Shown here: positions 1 through 12,600 of the stretch, in pieces
Numbering within the stretch: the stretch's first letter is position 1
Layout: the number at the start of each line of letters is the position of its first letter
Assembly: GCF_001447785.1 (NCBI RefSeq)
Contig: NW_015173690.1
Span: 811,230-875,229, forward strand
Source of the DNA: Gekko japonicus
Lineage: Eukaryota
DNA length: 64,000 nucleotides
Direction: 5' to 3'
Translations under genes and position numbers: made by a program
Notes under the pieces: model-generated
The model's input: only the letters and a program-made list of their open reading frames with translations
Told to the model about the DNA's origin: nothing
Database searches by the model: none

Positions 1-3000
1 CCAGTCTAAATATTTTACAAACAACAGAAACAGCAGCAAATGCCAGTAGTAATCCTGTTTATAATCTTCGTACATAGCTGTTTACAAGAAAACTAAAAGT
101 TTATGGGCACAAACTGAAAAAAATAAGCTAATGTTTTAGGTTTTCGCTGAACCTATGATAAAGGTGGCAAGGCAGGAGGAAAGGTGTATAAAAGCAAAGT
201 TTGCATATCAGCATCCTACCATCAACTGGCTACCTCTCCTCCTGGGGTCAAGAACATCTTCCTGACCACTTTGCCAGAGGCAGAAAAGTAGCATTAGAAT
301 GCATTGCATTTCCTCTTTCCCCCTTTATCACAAAAAGACAAAGATAGGTGGCTTGTGGCTTTGGATGTCTAAGCAGCAGCTGAATGGAAGCAGCCACCAA
401 AGAAGTGGTGCAAGTAAGTACGGGGAGGGAATGCTGTTCTTCCCTTTCACCCTTGCAGTTCCGTCCTTGACTTCCCACAACAGAAACACATACATCTAAA
501 TGGTCCACTGACATCACAACCATGCACATTTTAAATTAATACTTTAAGAAACTAGTGATAGTCCACCTTCGCTTTGTTAATCTGAGAACTCTCAATCCTT
601 TCTTTTTCTTCCTCATAGCAAAAGCAGTACTGTTCCTTCTAGTCCATATAATACCACTTAGTTGTTTTGCAGACATATAAATCACATCAAACTCTGCAGG
701 AACTCTACAGAAACTAACCCAAAGCTCCCCACCTATACATGCAAATTATACTGAACAGAATAAAATGTTTTCTTTACCAAACAAGGCAAAGTTGAGAAAA
801 TTTCTACTCTTGTACTGTGAACACCTCCCCATACCAAAAACAATTTAGCTCTTACATGGATGAACATGCAAACGAAACAATGTGCATTAAATAATACGGA
901 TTCAACTGGAAGAAACTTGTGTTTTTTGAACTCCACTGCTACACTGAACATTCTGAGCCTTCTCTGAACATTTGGATTTTCTATCATCATGGCAACCAGA
1001 CAATAGATTTTATTTTCTCACAATGCCATCTGTACACTAGTGTTCCAGTCTAGTCAAGGATTTCTCCATGCATCAAGCAAATAAGCAGTTAAGTACTACG
1101 CCAGACAAAGGCAACAGGACAACATCCAATGTATGTTTCACTGCCAACAAGCATGTCTGTTTGTAGCCAGGAAGAGATCACTACAGTGCAGTGTGAAAGA
1201 ACACTCAATGTGACTATAGCTAGCTAGTGTATAATGGCAGAACATATTCTAGGCCTCTGAGAATTATGGTCCTGAATAACCAGTCAGAAACTCTTCGCTT
1301 TTCAAGTACCTCGCTCAAATAAATTAAAATTCTACTTTGAGACTGCTGATTTTCACTCAGGCTCCATTCTCATGGATCCTTATTTCAAGAACAGCAGCAG
1401 GTGGGGGACTTTGTCGACATCTTTCTTTCTTTCAGTGGCCCCTAGGGGTCCAAAATAGCTGTCCCCTGGCTCTCCAAAATGCTAGATTTCTTCAACTCCA
1501 GCTGTAGCAATGGAAGACTACTTATATAAACCCGTCTAGAAGGTAGATGTGCAGGTCATACTATATGGTAGCTATACAGAAAAATGATTAAACATGTCAA
1601 TTATTTAATTTTAAAGTCTCATCACTGTCAGAAATATAGCTCATAAATTTTTGTTCCTTGACAATGCAGGTAGTACCTTTGTATAGATTTCAAAACAAAT
1701 TGAGTTAAGCTATTTCAGATCCCACTGTATTATCGTAGGAAGGAGAAAATGATGCCTTTCCTCGCTGGGAAACTCCTTTCCCTGGAAACAGCCCAGGACC
1801 TAGGCAATTTTCTGTGAGGGAGAGTGGGGAGCTTAATTAGATTACCACTAATTATGTTAGTGACTGATTGGTGGTAACATTTTTAAAAGCCACCTGCTAC
1901 TTAATTTCATTAAGAGAGACAGGGATCATGCAGCTTGGGGCGGGGGAGCTTCTGCCCACCACCACTTCTGGGTGGAGCTGGGAGCCCCCACCTCTCTCCT
2001 CTCTAGCTCAGGGGCCAGGCAAGGCCAGATGGGATGCCAACTACAGTCCAAGATTCCCAAGGATGACTGAGCTAGCCCCAGAATCCCCTTGGGTGGCCTC
2101 CTTCAGCTTCCGAGGCCCTCAGAGCTGCGACCTAGGACTGCCACCGCTGCGGTAAGCAGGCCTCGACCCGCTGGCGGCGGACAACCTTTCCTACATGGGG
2201 GTTGTCTGACATCCAGGGGAGAGGGGCAGGGGAGCTCCGGGTGTCACAGAACTGAAAGGAGTGAAGCTGGTCCCGTCGGCTTTCTTCCGTCACCTGCTGA
2301 GGTGGACCAGGAGCCAGACCAGAAAGGGCTGTGGCCTGCACGCACTGTCCTCCACAGAGAGTCATGCTCTGACTATATGGTAACGAATGATATACTCCCA
2401 GCTAAGCAGATCTATCATAAATGCTTGTACTTATAGGTGATAGCAGATAAATTAAAAATATCAAACTCACAGTTACCCAATAGGGTTGTATGGTGTCGGT
2501 ATGTCGTTAACCTGTAAGTAATAATTTTTAATGCTATATGTAGAAATGTAGAAGCAATAAGTTCTGTCTTATGTAAATCTTTTAACAAAACCAATAAAAA
2601 GATTTAACAAAAAAAAAGAGTCACGCTCTGGAGGGGAAGTACGTGTGGAGAATGGCATGCCTGGAATCAGCCCCAGGCCTTCCTCCACCTCCTGTGGAGG
2701 GGGACCGGGAGAGAAGTGGGCTGGACACATTCGTAAGGAGTCATCATCCTCCAGGTAGCTGTGGACCTGCCTGGAAAGCACCCTGGTAACCAGCTGCCAC
2801 CACTCAAGACCTCCTGAGAACATCTAGGCTGACCCACTGAGAAGGTACTCTTCTAGCACAGTACTATAGCAATAACAAAGTGACAGGGTAGAAACCATAC
2901 GAAATACCTTATCAACTATGTAGCACCTGTGCTGTTTAGCACATGGGGAAGAGATTAAGAGAAATATCCCAGAGAAATAAACTGTACTAAGTAAAGCAAA

Positions 3001-3827
3001 AAAAAAAAGTATTTTTTAAAAAGGGTTTATTAGAAAAGAGAGAGAAAAATGAAAAGGGTGGTTGGATCCAAAAAGTGGTCTAAAGGGGGTAAAAAGAAAA
3101 ATACAGGGAAGGCACACAACAACAACAGCAGTGGCAGCAATGTTCAAATGACAAGCAATACAGTTGAACTAAGCTAAACACATTTTACCAAGGCTGTAGC
3201 AGGCTTGATCCTCACAGTAACAAGAAGTCAAAGGGGTCATTAACTCCTACCCAAATTTCTGTAGATGTAGTTTGCCCTGAAGGCTGAAAACTGCAAACAA
3301 GAAAACATCCCAAATGTCCAAATATTTATGGTAAATCGAATTGGACCTAAACCAGCCTCCATTCTAAGAGTGGCACATTGCTTTAGCAAATCCCATGCAA
3401 AGCTCTGTCTTGGATGTCAGGGGCAACTGTTAACCATCAGAGCCATATAAAATATCGTCCCACCTTCATCAAGCATCTGGCAATGGCTCTGAACTTCCAT
3501 GACAAATAGGTGGCCTGGGACAAACCAGATTGTCCTTTGTCCAAAAGGGATTAAGACTGCCAGGATGGGTCAATGTGGAATGCAAGTGAATTGTTCATCT
3601 AACCCTCCAAGGGTTCAAAATCTCAGACACTCTTGGCAGCACTCTTGGGCCTTTAGTAAGTTTTAGGGTTTCTGTCACACACTGATTTTCTCCATTCAGA
3701 TTAATGGGACCTAAAAATATGTAACTTTGGCTAGAATATATGCAGTACCTTTAGGTCTCACTTTCTAGTACAAACTAGGTACGTAGTCAATATCAGTGCC
3801 ACCCTAAGCAGTCATATGCTAAACTCA

Positions 3828-3882
3828 TTTATTTATTTTATACACCGCCCTCCCCGCCAAAGCAGGCTCAGGGCGGCTTACA
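3828..3882 (-). mobile_element. L2-type LINE/SINE 3' tail
   Basis: (TTTA)n followed by ccgccct...ctcagggcggcttaca stem-loop, typical of reptile L2 3' ends. Confidence 0.6.
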
Positions 3883-5911
3883 AGAGCAATATAAAAGCAG
3901 TAAATGGATTTAGAAAAGTGTTAACTGTTTAGGATGAATTGTAAGTCACTTGCCTTTATTAAAGACTTACATGGCACAATAGGATTGTGCTTCTAAAACT
4001 TATTAATTTCATGTTCAGAACCAAAAGTGTGCTATAATTAATGCATTCCATGAAAATACTACGCATTACTCCCAAGTAGGGGGAGGAGGAAGGCAAGGAC
4101 AGAAAAGGAATATCCGAGATGTTTAGAACATAGTGACTAATCTAGTGGAAAGGAAGCTGTGATAAGTCTTCATAAGCAAACCCTTTATATTTACCATTGT
4201 TTTCTAATGCAAGATCATAGCACACACTCCTGCATTCCAAAATACTATGGTGGTAAATCTGAAAGTTAAACTTGAAATAGTGAAGATTTTTACAAGACGT
4301 CTATATGTAAATACAAGGCAAATTTTGCACTGGATTGACCACTTCAACCTTGTTCTTTATGCTGCCTACAACCTTGTCCTAATAGCTAACATTGGGGAAA
4401 AATACACACACATCAATGATGACATCTGTGTTCCTAAATCTTCATATAAAAATACCCATTTACCACTGTTCATAACTAACACTGTAAAAGCATGTTAAAT
4501 AGTTTACTGTAAAAACCAGTGAGGATTAACGTTGGGAAGACAACAGTTACTCTCCTGAATAATTACAATCGGAATCAGGAGGACTTATGATTCTCCATGA
4601 TTGCTAGAAGCTCTGAGGCTCACAGCAGGGCCATCGTATAAAGGCCAATTCCACTTCAGCAGAGAGCTAATTTAGTCACAGAGCTTCTCTCATATTCTGA
4701 GCAGAGAATGACACAAACCAAAACAATTATTTGAATAATGTTGAGCCCAAATTTATACCAAATCAGCATCTCATGAAAATCTACAGCCAATAAAAGTCTG
4801 ACCAGTTGCCTTTAAGAATCTCTTATCCACCCACCTTTACTGCAGTAAAACAGAAGGGAAACCTGGAGTACAGAGAGCTAGAGGCTGAAGAAGCCTTGAC
4901 TCCCTAACCTCTAAAAAGTTCTGTTTGGAGTACCTACATTACATAGTAGTTTTCTTCTGGCTCTTGCAGAAATCAGGGAAACTGTATTCAGACATTACAA
5001 GCAAACCCCAGTATGTTTGCGATGAAGCCGGCTAATCAATGTGCTTGTGAGCACTCTCTCCAATAGGTCCTAACGTCAGAAGGCAAATAACTCCAAATAT
5101 TCCAGGCAGCCGCATACAGATGTCACAACCTAAGACTTCTTTATTCAATCACTGTATGATGGAAGGAGTGTGAGAATATAACTATTTATCAGGTTCATAT
5201 CAATCATGAATAAGATGAAGTTTACTCTTAATGTCTGAAGAGGTGTTGGACAGTTATATTATTGAGAGTCCTATCTGATAAAAAACAGGGTTGTATGAAA
5301 ATCAGCAACCACATTTGCAAAAAATACATATTGCATATGTTCTTTCTTCAAGCAAAATGATCCAGGTGTGTAGCAAAGCAGGGAAATAAAATAATCTATG
5401 GCTTTGTACCTGAGTTTATAAGCATTTCTTTTTGAATTGCCTATCAAAACACTTCTATTAGAATTTTATATAAGAAATGTTGACTCTCTTTTTCCCTTAG
5501 ATGTCTGCATACTTCTCCAATTTACAAATATTCTAATTATTTTAATTTCTCCACATAACCAGACTAAAGTGAGAATATTCGTAAGAATGTATGCTTTGTA
5601 TTTTGGGGAAACTAACAGCTTAGTTCAATGAAGGTAATATAAAAAGTACTTAAGCATGTTCAAAATTCTATTTCATAGAAACCTGTTATTGTCCAATTAC
5701 ATAAAAATATGGATTAAGTGCATTATTTCCATTATAGTGAACTCACCTTTTAGAGTTTAACACAGTGTCAAGGGTTAGCAGATCAGTAAAACGCTGTTTG
5801 CAAGCTAAACTGTTCTAACAGCAGGGAACTGGAAGTCCAGAACAGTGTTAAAAAATCATTTTTAATAAATAACACCACCACCAACAAAAAAATCTATTAA
5901 AAGAAGCTTTT

Positions 5912-6631
5912 CTACTGTTCCAACAGGTCTATGCCTGCTACAGTTATGCTAACAGGAAGTGCCTGGAATGAAGAGTCACAGTCTGTCGGTTTTCCTTTTG
6001 CTGTCTCTGCATTCAAATTACACTCTTCTGATGCCTGACCAATTCCATCTTGTGATGATGCAGCTGCATCTTGGAAGCCTGTGGCATCTAAGTTTTCTAA
6101 TAAAACAGCTGCCTGGAGCCTACTGCTTTCTGTCTCATGGCTGCAGCTTAGAGTATCATCTAGCTGCTCAACTGATTTCAAATACTGCTGGAGAAGGCTA
6201 CTGTCCTGCTCACTGTTAGACCCCGTTTCACTACATTCCGCATGGTTCAGTCGGACATCTTCTGCATCTGAAAAGCAGCCTGAAAGAGAATCTTCATGCT
6301 GTTTGACTGTTTCCAAAGAAGTCCCTAGAGTGCTCTCATTTGTTTCCACCAAACTTTCTTCAGATCTCTGTGATTCATTAAGGCAATTTTGGTCAGTCAC
6401 ACAGGAATGAAATCCTGAATCAGGAAATTCTGGTAAGGACTGATTATGACAAGCTTCAGCACCTGAAACTACCCAGGTAGAACTAGCAACAGGAGACAGT
6501 ACTTGATTCAGTCTGGATGTCTCTTTGGGTAACTCTGAAGGACACAAAGCACTTGATGTAGGGATGCCATGCTGCCTGGCAACACTTAGATGTTGGTTCA
6601 CAGAAAGCTGCCACTCCTGCATGGATCTAAC
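5912..6631 (-). CDS. CEP97: CEP97 exon 11 (terminal coding exon)
   Basis: VRSMQEWQ...[12 protein letters not shown]...[17 protein letters not shown]...stop. Confidence 0.93.
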   Translation of the reverse strand, partial: VRSMQEWQLSVNQHLSVARQHGIPTSSALCPSELPKETSRLNQVLSPVASSTWVVSGAEACHNQSLPEFPDSGFHSCVTDQNCLNESQRSEESLVETNESTLGTSLETVKQHEDSLSGCFSDAEDVRLNHAECSETGSNSEQDSSLLQQYLKSVEQLDDTLSCSHETESSRLQAAVLLENLDATGFQDAAASSQDGIGQASEECNLNAETAKGKPTDCDSSFQALPVSITVAGIDLLEQ

Positions 6632-9600
6632 CTGTTAACAACACAAAGAGGAAATTTTATAGTGCAGTATGAGAAATATAAGCACTTGTAGCTGTGACAG
6701 GCCGTGTATGTTATATCTATGATGTGTTGAAGAGAAAGGCTAGTAGCTCTTGGGTAATGAAGTAAAGAGAAGCAAGACTGGATATGCACTGATTGTTCAG
6801 GAGTCATTGCATAGTACCAGACATAGCTTTAGCCACACTGAAATAAAATGAATTCAAACTGGGACACACAAGGTGTAGGTGAGAAAAAGAAAATGCTAAC
6901 AGATCAAAGACAATAAAAGTAGCAACTGCAATAAACCCATCCTGGGTCTATGTGTTCTTATATGTGTGTTGTGTGCATGTAAAAAGTGTGTTCCTCTTCA
7001 CTGTGCCACCACCCCAAGTTAAAATTCAGCCTCCCATGTTACCAGTGACATGGGGAACCCTGGTAAAGGCTGCCTCTGGGCAAGTACAAAGGGCAGAGGT
7101 TCCCAATTACTTCAACCCATCCCATGTGCAAGCATGTGAGCATGAGCAAGTGATTTAAGGTCTGTGTGAGGAGGATTTGAGTAACAGTATCCTTTGTTAA
7201 ACAGGCCAAGACTTTATTACTACAGATTAAGCTACAGCACAGACAGAGATAATAGCTATCATGCCTACTGGTTACAGATCTAATGAAAAGAACAGAAACA
7301 TAAATCTAAGCTAAACTTAACCATACAGAAGAGTTATCTCCAACGCCCCTCCTGGATGGCTGCAGACCAAATGCATGGCCTTAACCCCACCCTGCTCCCT
7401 GCAGAGGAATCCAGCTTCCAGCATTTGAACAAAGACTAACAGATGTTTCAGCCTTTTAATCCTTCCTGCTCTTTGTTGGTGGGAAGCCTCTCTCAATTCA
7501 GATTTAGGGAACTTGCCCCACATGGGAAGGTGCACCCCAATCTCCCTCAACCACCCTAGAGTGCATGTTCCACACACCTCCATACCCAGATCATATTTTT
7601 CAACACCCAGGTAGGCAAATACTTCTTTTTCGCTCTGACTTCTTCGTGCATTTTATTGCTCTCTTCCCTGGGAAAATAAACTGCTGTCAGGATCCCAAGA
7701 CTCCCCAATGCGCTCCAATGCACCTTGCACCCCAAAATTATAACTGCAAATCAAAACAGGTAGAGGGCAACCAAAAATAAGAGAAACTGTACAGAATACA
7801 AAATATAAATGGAATACATTTAAACAATGTGAACAATATGGAATACATTTAAACAATGTGAACAATAGTGTCAAAAGAATATTACCAGGAGAAGTCTCAA
7901 AGAAGGAACAACAAGATACGAGGTTTCATATGAAACAATCTTTTGAGCTATGTAAATGGTGAAACCTTGAAAGATATCAGAAACTTTGTAATACATTTTT
8001 CCTTACCATATTTAAAGTGCATATTGGATTACCAGTTCTTCTTTGATAAAGCTCTTGAGCGATAGCCGGCATGCTCATTAGAGACTTCATTCTTTGGGAA
8101 CTGTCATAATCAGATTAATTCCTGCATAGAGACTGCATTCTGAGAACCTTCTATGTAGAGAGACGGCATGTTGAGAACTAATCCCATTAGAATTATTTGT
8201 ACGATTGTTTCTTATGAAACTTTGTACCTTGTTCCTTTTTTTTTTGTATGTAAACTCTCCTAAAAAGGAGAGAATTTTATTGCTTTTCATATAGAAAGGG
8301 GGGAGGGTATATAGAGGGGCAAAGAAAAGGTCGAGTGATGTTTTCATTAGTATATTAATCTGTTAGTAATAATAAAAAAACGTTCTTCTTTGGCTTCATT
8401 GTGTTGTCAATCATCTTTCATCTTCTCAATTATAAACAATTGTTAAGAAATTAGTAGTGTCCCACTATTATGCTGTTAATAAAAAAAAAGACTTTTCAAA
8501 CGCCTTGCGAGTTGTTTCTTCTATCTTCGGGCTGGTTTTTCCTCCGAAAAGACAGGAAGGGTCCTCCTCCTCCTTCTCTTCTCCAGCTTCTTAACTTCTC
8601 TTCCGGGTCTTCGCTTTCCAATCACAGTCTGCAGCTGCCGCTTTTCAACACGCCTTCCCGATAAAGTCCCAAGCTTTTAGAACGATTATTTCTCTTTTTA
8701 TGTCTTTCGACTTTAAAATAAACGCTGTCGTTCTTGTGGCTGGATCCCTTATCCGCACCTCCACTTTAAAGGCATTTTCCTCGTCCGTCGCAGCTCAGAA
8801 CCTTTCAACAGATTTCCCAGAGGAAACTATCGTTCAGACCGGAAGCTCCTCCCTTCTTGTTGCGCAGTTCATTTTCCAGCACCGACATCTTATTTATTTT
8901 GTTTACATTAGACAAAGTTCGCAAAGCGTAGTCAAAAGATATATCTTCATAGCTTTCTATCAAACATTCCATCGCCGAGTGGCACCACCCTTTTCAGTTT
9001 TCGTTCTCCCCCCTTTCTCTTTTAAAATCTCTTTTTAAACGGGAGTACAGGAGTCCCTCCTCCTCTTTCGCTGGGGGGGAAATGCGCTTAGCTTCTTTTA
9101 ATCGTCATGATCAACAACTTACAATTTCAGCCACTCCTTTTCTTTTCATTCGCATTTTCGCTTCATCACTCAGGTGGCGTCTGGNNNNNNNNNNNNNNNN
9201 NNNNNNNNNNNNNNNNNNNNNNNNNNNCGCGCCCGGAGTCGGAGCCCCCCTGGGGCTCGTCCGGGTCTCTGCTTGTGCGGATCCCCCCCTCGGCCGCGGG
9301 TGGGCGAAGACGCCCTCGGGAGCGCCCCGAGGTTGCGTCCACCATTCGCGGAAGCCAAACCGGAAGCCCCTTTTTTGAGACTTCTCCTGGTAATTAATTC
9401 TTTTGACAATATTGTTCACATTGTTTAAATATATTCCATTTATATTTTGTATTCTGCACAGTCTCTCTTATTTTTGGTTTCCCAAATTTATAACAGCAAC
9501 TACTTTTAAAACCCACGTCAAATAATACTGGGTGTTGAAGAAGGGATGCACACAATAGCAAGCTACTGAAGCTTCAACAGTACAGCAATTTATTCTGTGA

Positions 9601-12600
9601 ACATCTTCACCAACATATACCTGAGGATTGCCAAAATAAATTTACAAATGTTATGCTCTCTGTCGAACGTAGGCAATGATTACTGGAAAGCAGCAAACAC
9701 TAAACAAGCCATATTTGACAGAAACCTTAACATTGTCTATTAATTTTTTCATGAAAGACTAGTTCCTTCAATGGATAGCATTTAGATGAGGAAAACCACA
9801 CATGTTTTGAGGAGTACACATATCCCATTTGTACCTCTCAAATGGCAGCAAAGTCCCTCAGGGTCTGTGTGTGCGTGTACATATATATCGTGTTTGCCAT
9901 ATGATACATGCAGTTTTTTATACTCAAGCAGTATCAGTGGAGGAAATTTGTTTTGTGATTTTTCCTGTAGTCAGATGCATTATACAATACCAAACATGCT
10001 TCTCTTCAGGGTATCCCTGTCCCACAAATTCTTGGTTTATATTGAGATAAGGTGTGAAAAGGATTGAGGGCAATGTTCCCTCTAAGCTGAGTTAGTGTGA
10101 GCTAGCTCACACTAACTCAGCTTAGAGGGAACACTGATTGAGGGACAAGCTTTTTACCTGGTCCCAAAGGAATTTGACAGCCTCCTCTTGCACCATTCTT
10201 TGAAGTTTTTCTTCATCCTTCTCTTTTCTCAGTCTAAAATAGAAACGACCCAGAAGTATTTACACTAGAGAGAAATTTAAGATACCTTAAAACTGTTACC
10301 TCCATCAATGGGCCATATTTGTTGCAGTATTTACATTACAGAGTTACCATTAAAACTTCATCACTTTTCCCTTCTACCAATTCGTGTTCTCAGAATGATA
10401 AATAGTAACTCCTTCTTTGCTACAGATATTGAAAACTTAGAACTTTCCTTCTTGTGCATTAAACGTTAATATCACGTCTTCTGTTATGTATAACAAGTTA
10501 GCCTCTAAAATCTTCTCTGGGTTTTTTAGTCTCCCTCCAGCTTCCCCATAAACATAACTAGAGACAACATCAGAAAAAAATACAACTGAGGGTGCAACAG
10601 CTCTATCTTGTTATCCTCTTACAGTTAGCAGCTAGATCTGTTCAAGGTTGTATTAAGCCTCAATCTGTAATAGTATCATTTCTAAGGTTCACTGTAGATA
10701 GGATTGCAGACTTACTTTTCTACTTCTTCAGTTAAATGCATAATATGTTCCTGCATTCTGCTGAGTCGTATTTCATAGCGCACCTCTTTGGTTCTGGAAT
10801 GGTGGTTCCTAGTGTAATATCCTCTCCAAGAGGCTTGAAGCTTTGTGGCTGCTCTGTTCATTTCTTGAAGTGCATCATCCGTTTGAAGTAAAGGAGCAGA
10901 GGCATCTGATCTTTCTTCTAGATATGTAGCAAGGCAAGCAGTTTTGATTATGTCTTCTTCAGGTGTATGCAACTGCTTGACCTGACTACACTGAACACAG
11001 TCTTTGGAGGACGCCTGACAGCTTCTGATGTCAGTGGGTAGAGTAACAGTGACCACTGATTCACTGGAAGCGGACAATGTGCCTTCTTTTTGCCCTTGCA
11101 TTTGAGTTTCCATAGTCTCTGTTGATTTGATGGGATCTTCTTCAAGAACCAAAAAAGTCTTTTCCTGTCTTTCTTCATCTTGCTTATTAACCTGTTTTAC
11201 AAGCCCAGTGTTAGCATCCTCCATATTTTCTGTATCAATACAGACTCCATGAAGTCTCAATACTGCAGCAGTAGGAGACATCGGTGAGAGCCCTGAAGCA
11301 ACAGGCATAAAAGTAGACTCTGAGGTCAGAAGACTGCTGTTTAGTTTGTCCTCATCAGTTTGTATGTCTTCCAGATAAAGTTCCTCACAAGCATTTCTTT
11401 CACCTTGTGAAGAAGCTGGAAAAACAGTTGTAATTGCATAGGAATGGTCATCATTAGGTCTTGACCCAACCCAAGAATTCTTTTGGATAACAGGTTCTGT
11501 AATAACAGAATGAGATGAGATTAAAGTGCTTTGGATATTTTGTCATGCACTTAAGTGAGCAGTAACTAATAACAATCAACACAATCTGCTTCTCCCTCTC
11601 AGACCTACACAGAGCACATGATATTTCTCTGCTGGCTCTCAGCCAGGTTGTAGCCAGCCTCCTCAGCCCTGAACCTGACCTCTGCATCTCCACAAGCAGT
11701 GCCCTCTGCATCTCCACAAGCAGTGGCTTTTGCTGGGAGGCTAGGCTAGGAGAACCACATCTTGGCTGGGAAAACTCAGGCCAAGTGAAGACTCTCCAGG
11801 CTGGCTGCACTGCCAAGCACCCTCTACGCAAGCAACCCCCCCCCCCGGTCTATCCTGTCAGCTCAGTCCAAAAAGGACGAGAACGGGCAAGTCTCTGCCC
11901 TTGCCTCAGGGGCATCTTCTACTGACCAAATGGCTGGTCTTTTGTCTGTCAAATGTACAGGCAGGCAGGGACAAAGAACCTCTGGTCTGTGCTATTGTCA
12001 TGAATGAAGTATGTTGCATGTTTCCAGCCCCCTCTCCTATTTCACCTAGATGTTAGGAAATACCTTTGGAATAATCCTCTCATTCCTGTCTCCATATATT
12101 TGTCTCAGATATCTGCATTCTTACACCTATGCCAGACCTATCAAGGAAACATTAACTCTCCATATCTAGTGAATGGTCGCCCATTCAGGTTCATCCTGCC
12201 TCACATTAAGAAACATCACCTCTTTTGTCTGGCACCAGGGAAATGCTAGGCCACTCTATTGTTCCACAATGGACACTCCCAGCCACCCATCCAGCACCTG
12301 GCTTAATCCAGTTATAGCTAGACTCTGCCCCTCTGAAAGCTCACTGGTCCCACCTAGGGCTTGCCCCTCTGGATGCCACACCTCCTGAGGCTCATCATTG
12401 GTCCAGGTACTCTTTTGTCTTCACCTGGGGCAACCCTCTCAAGAACTCCCATTAGTCAGCATTGTTTTCCAAAGTCTATATCCGTCAGAGCACATGGTCT
12501 CAGATTGTGTATCTGCCCCTGATGCCAACTGGCAGTTCACCCCTAAACCTCTGGTTTGGGTCATAGACTTATCCATAGACTCCTGCACATCTGGACAGGC

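Noticed and set aside
1-1900. Short ORFs that might be NXPE3 coding exons
   Set aside because: No recognisable similarity to NXPE family proteins and no consistent splice-phase structure.
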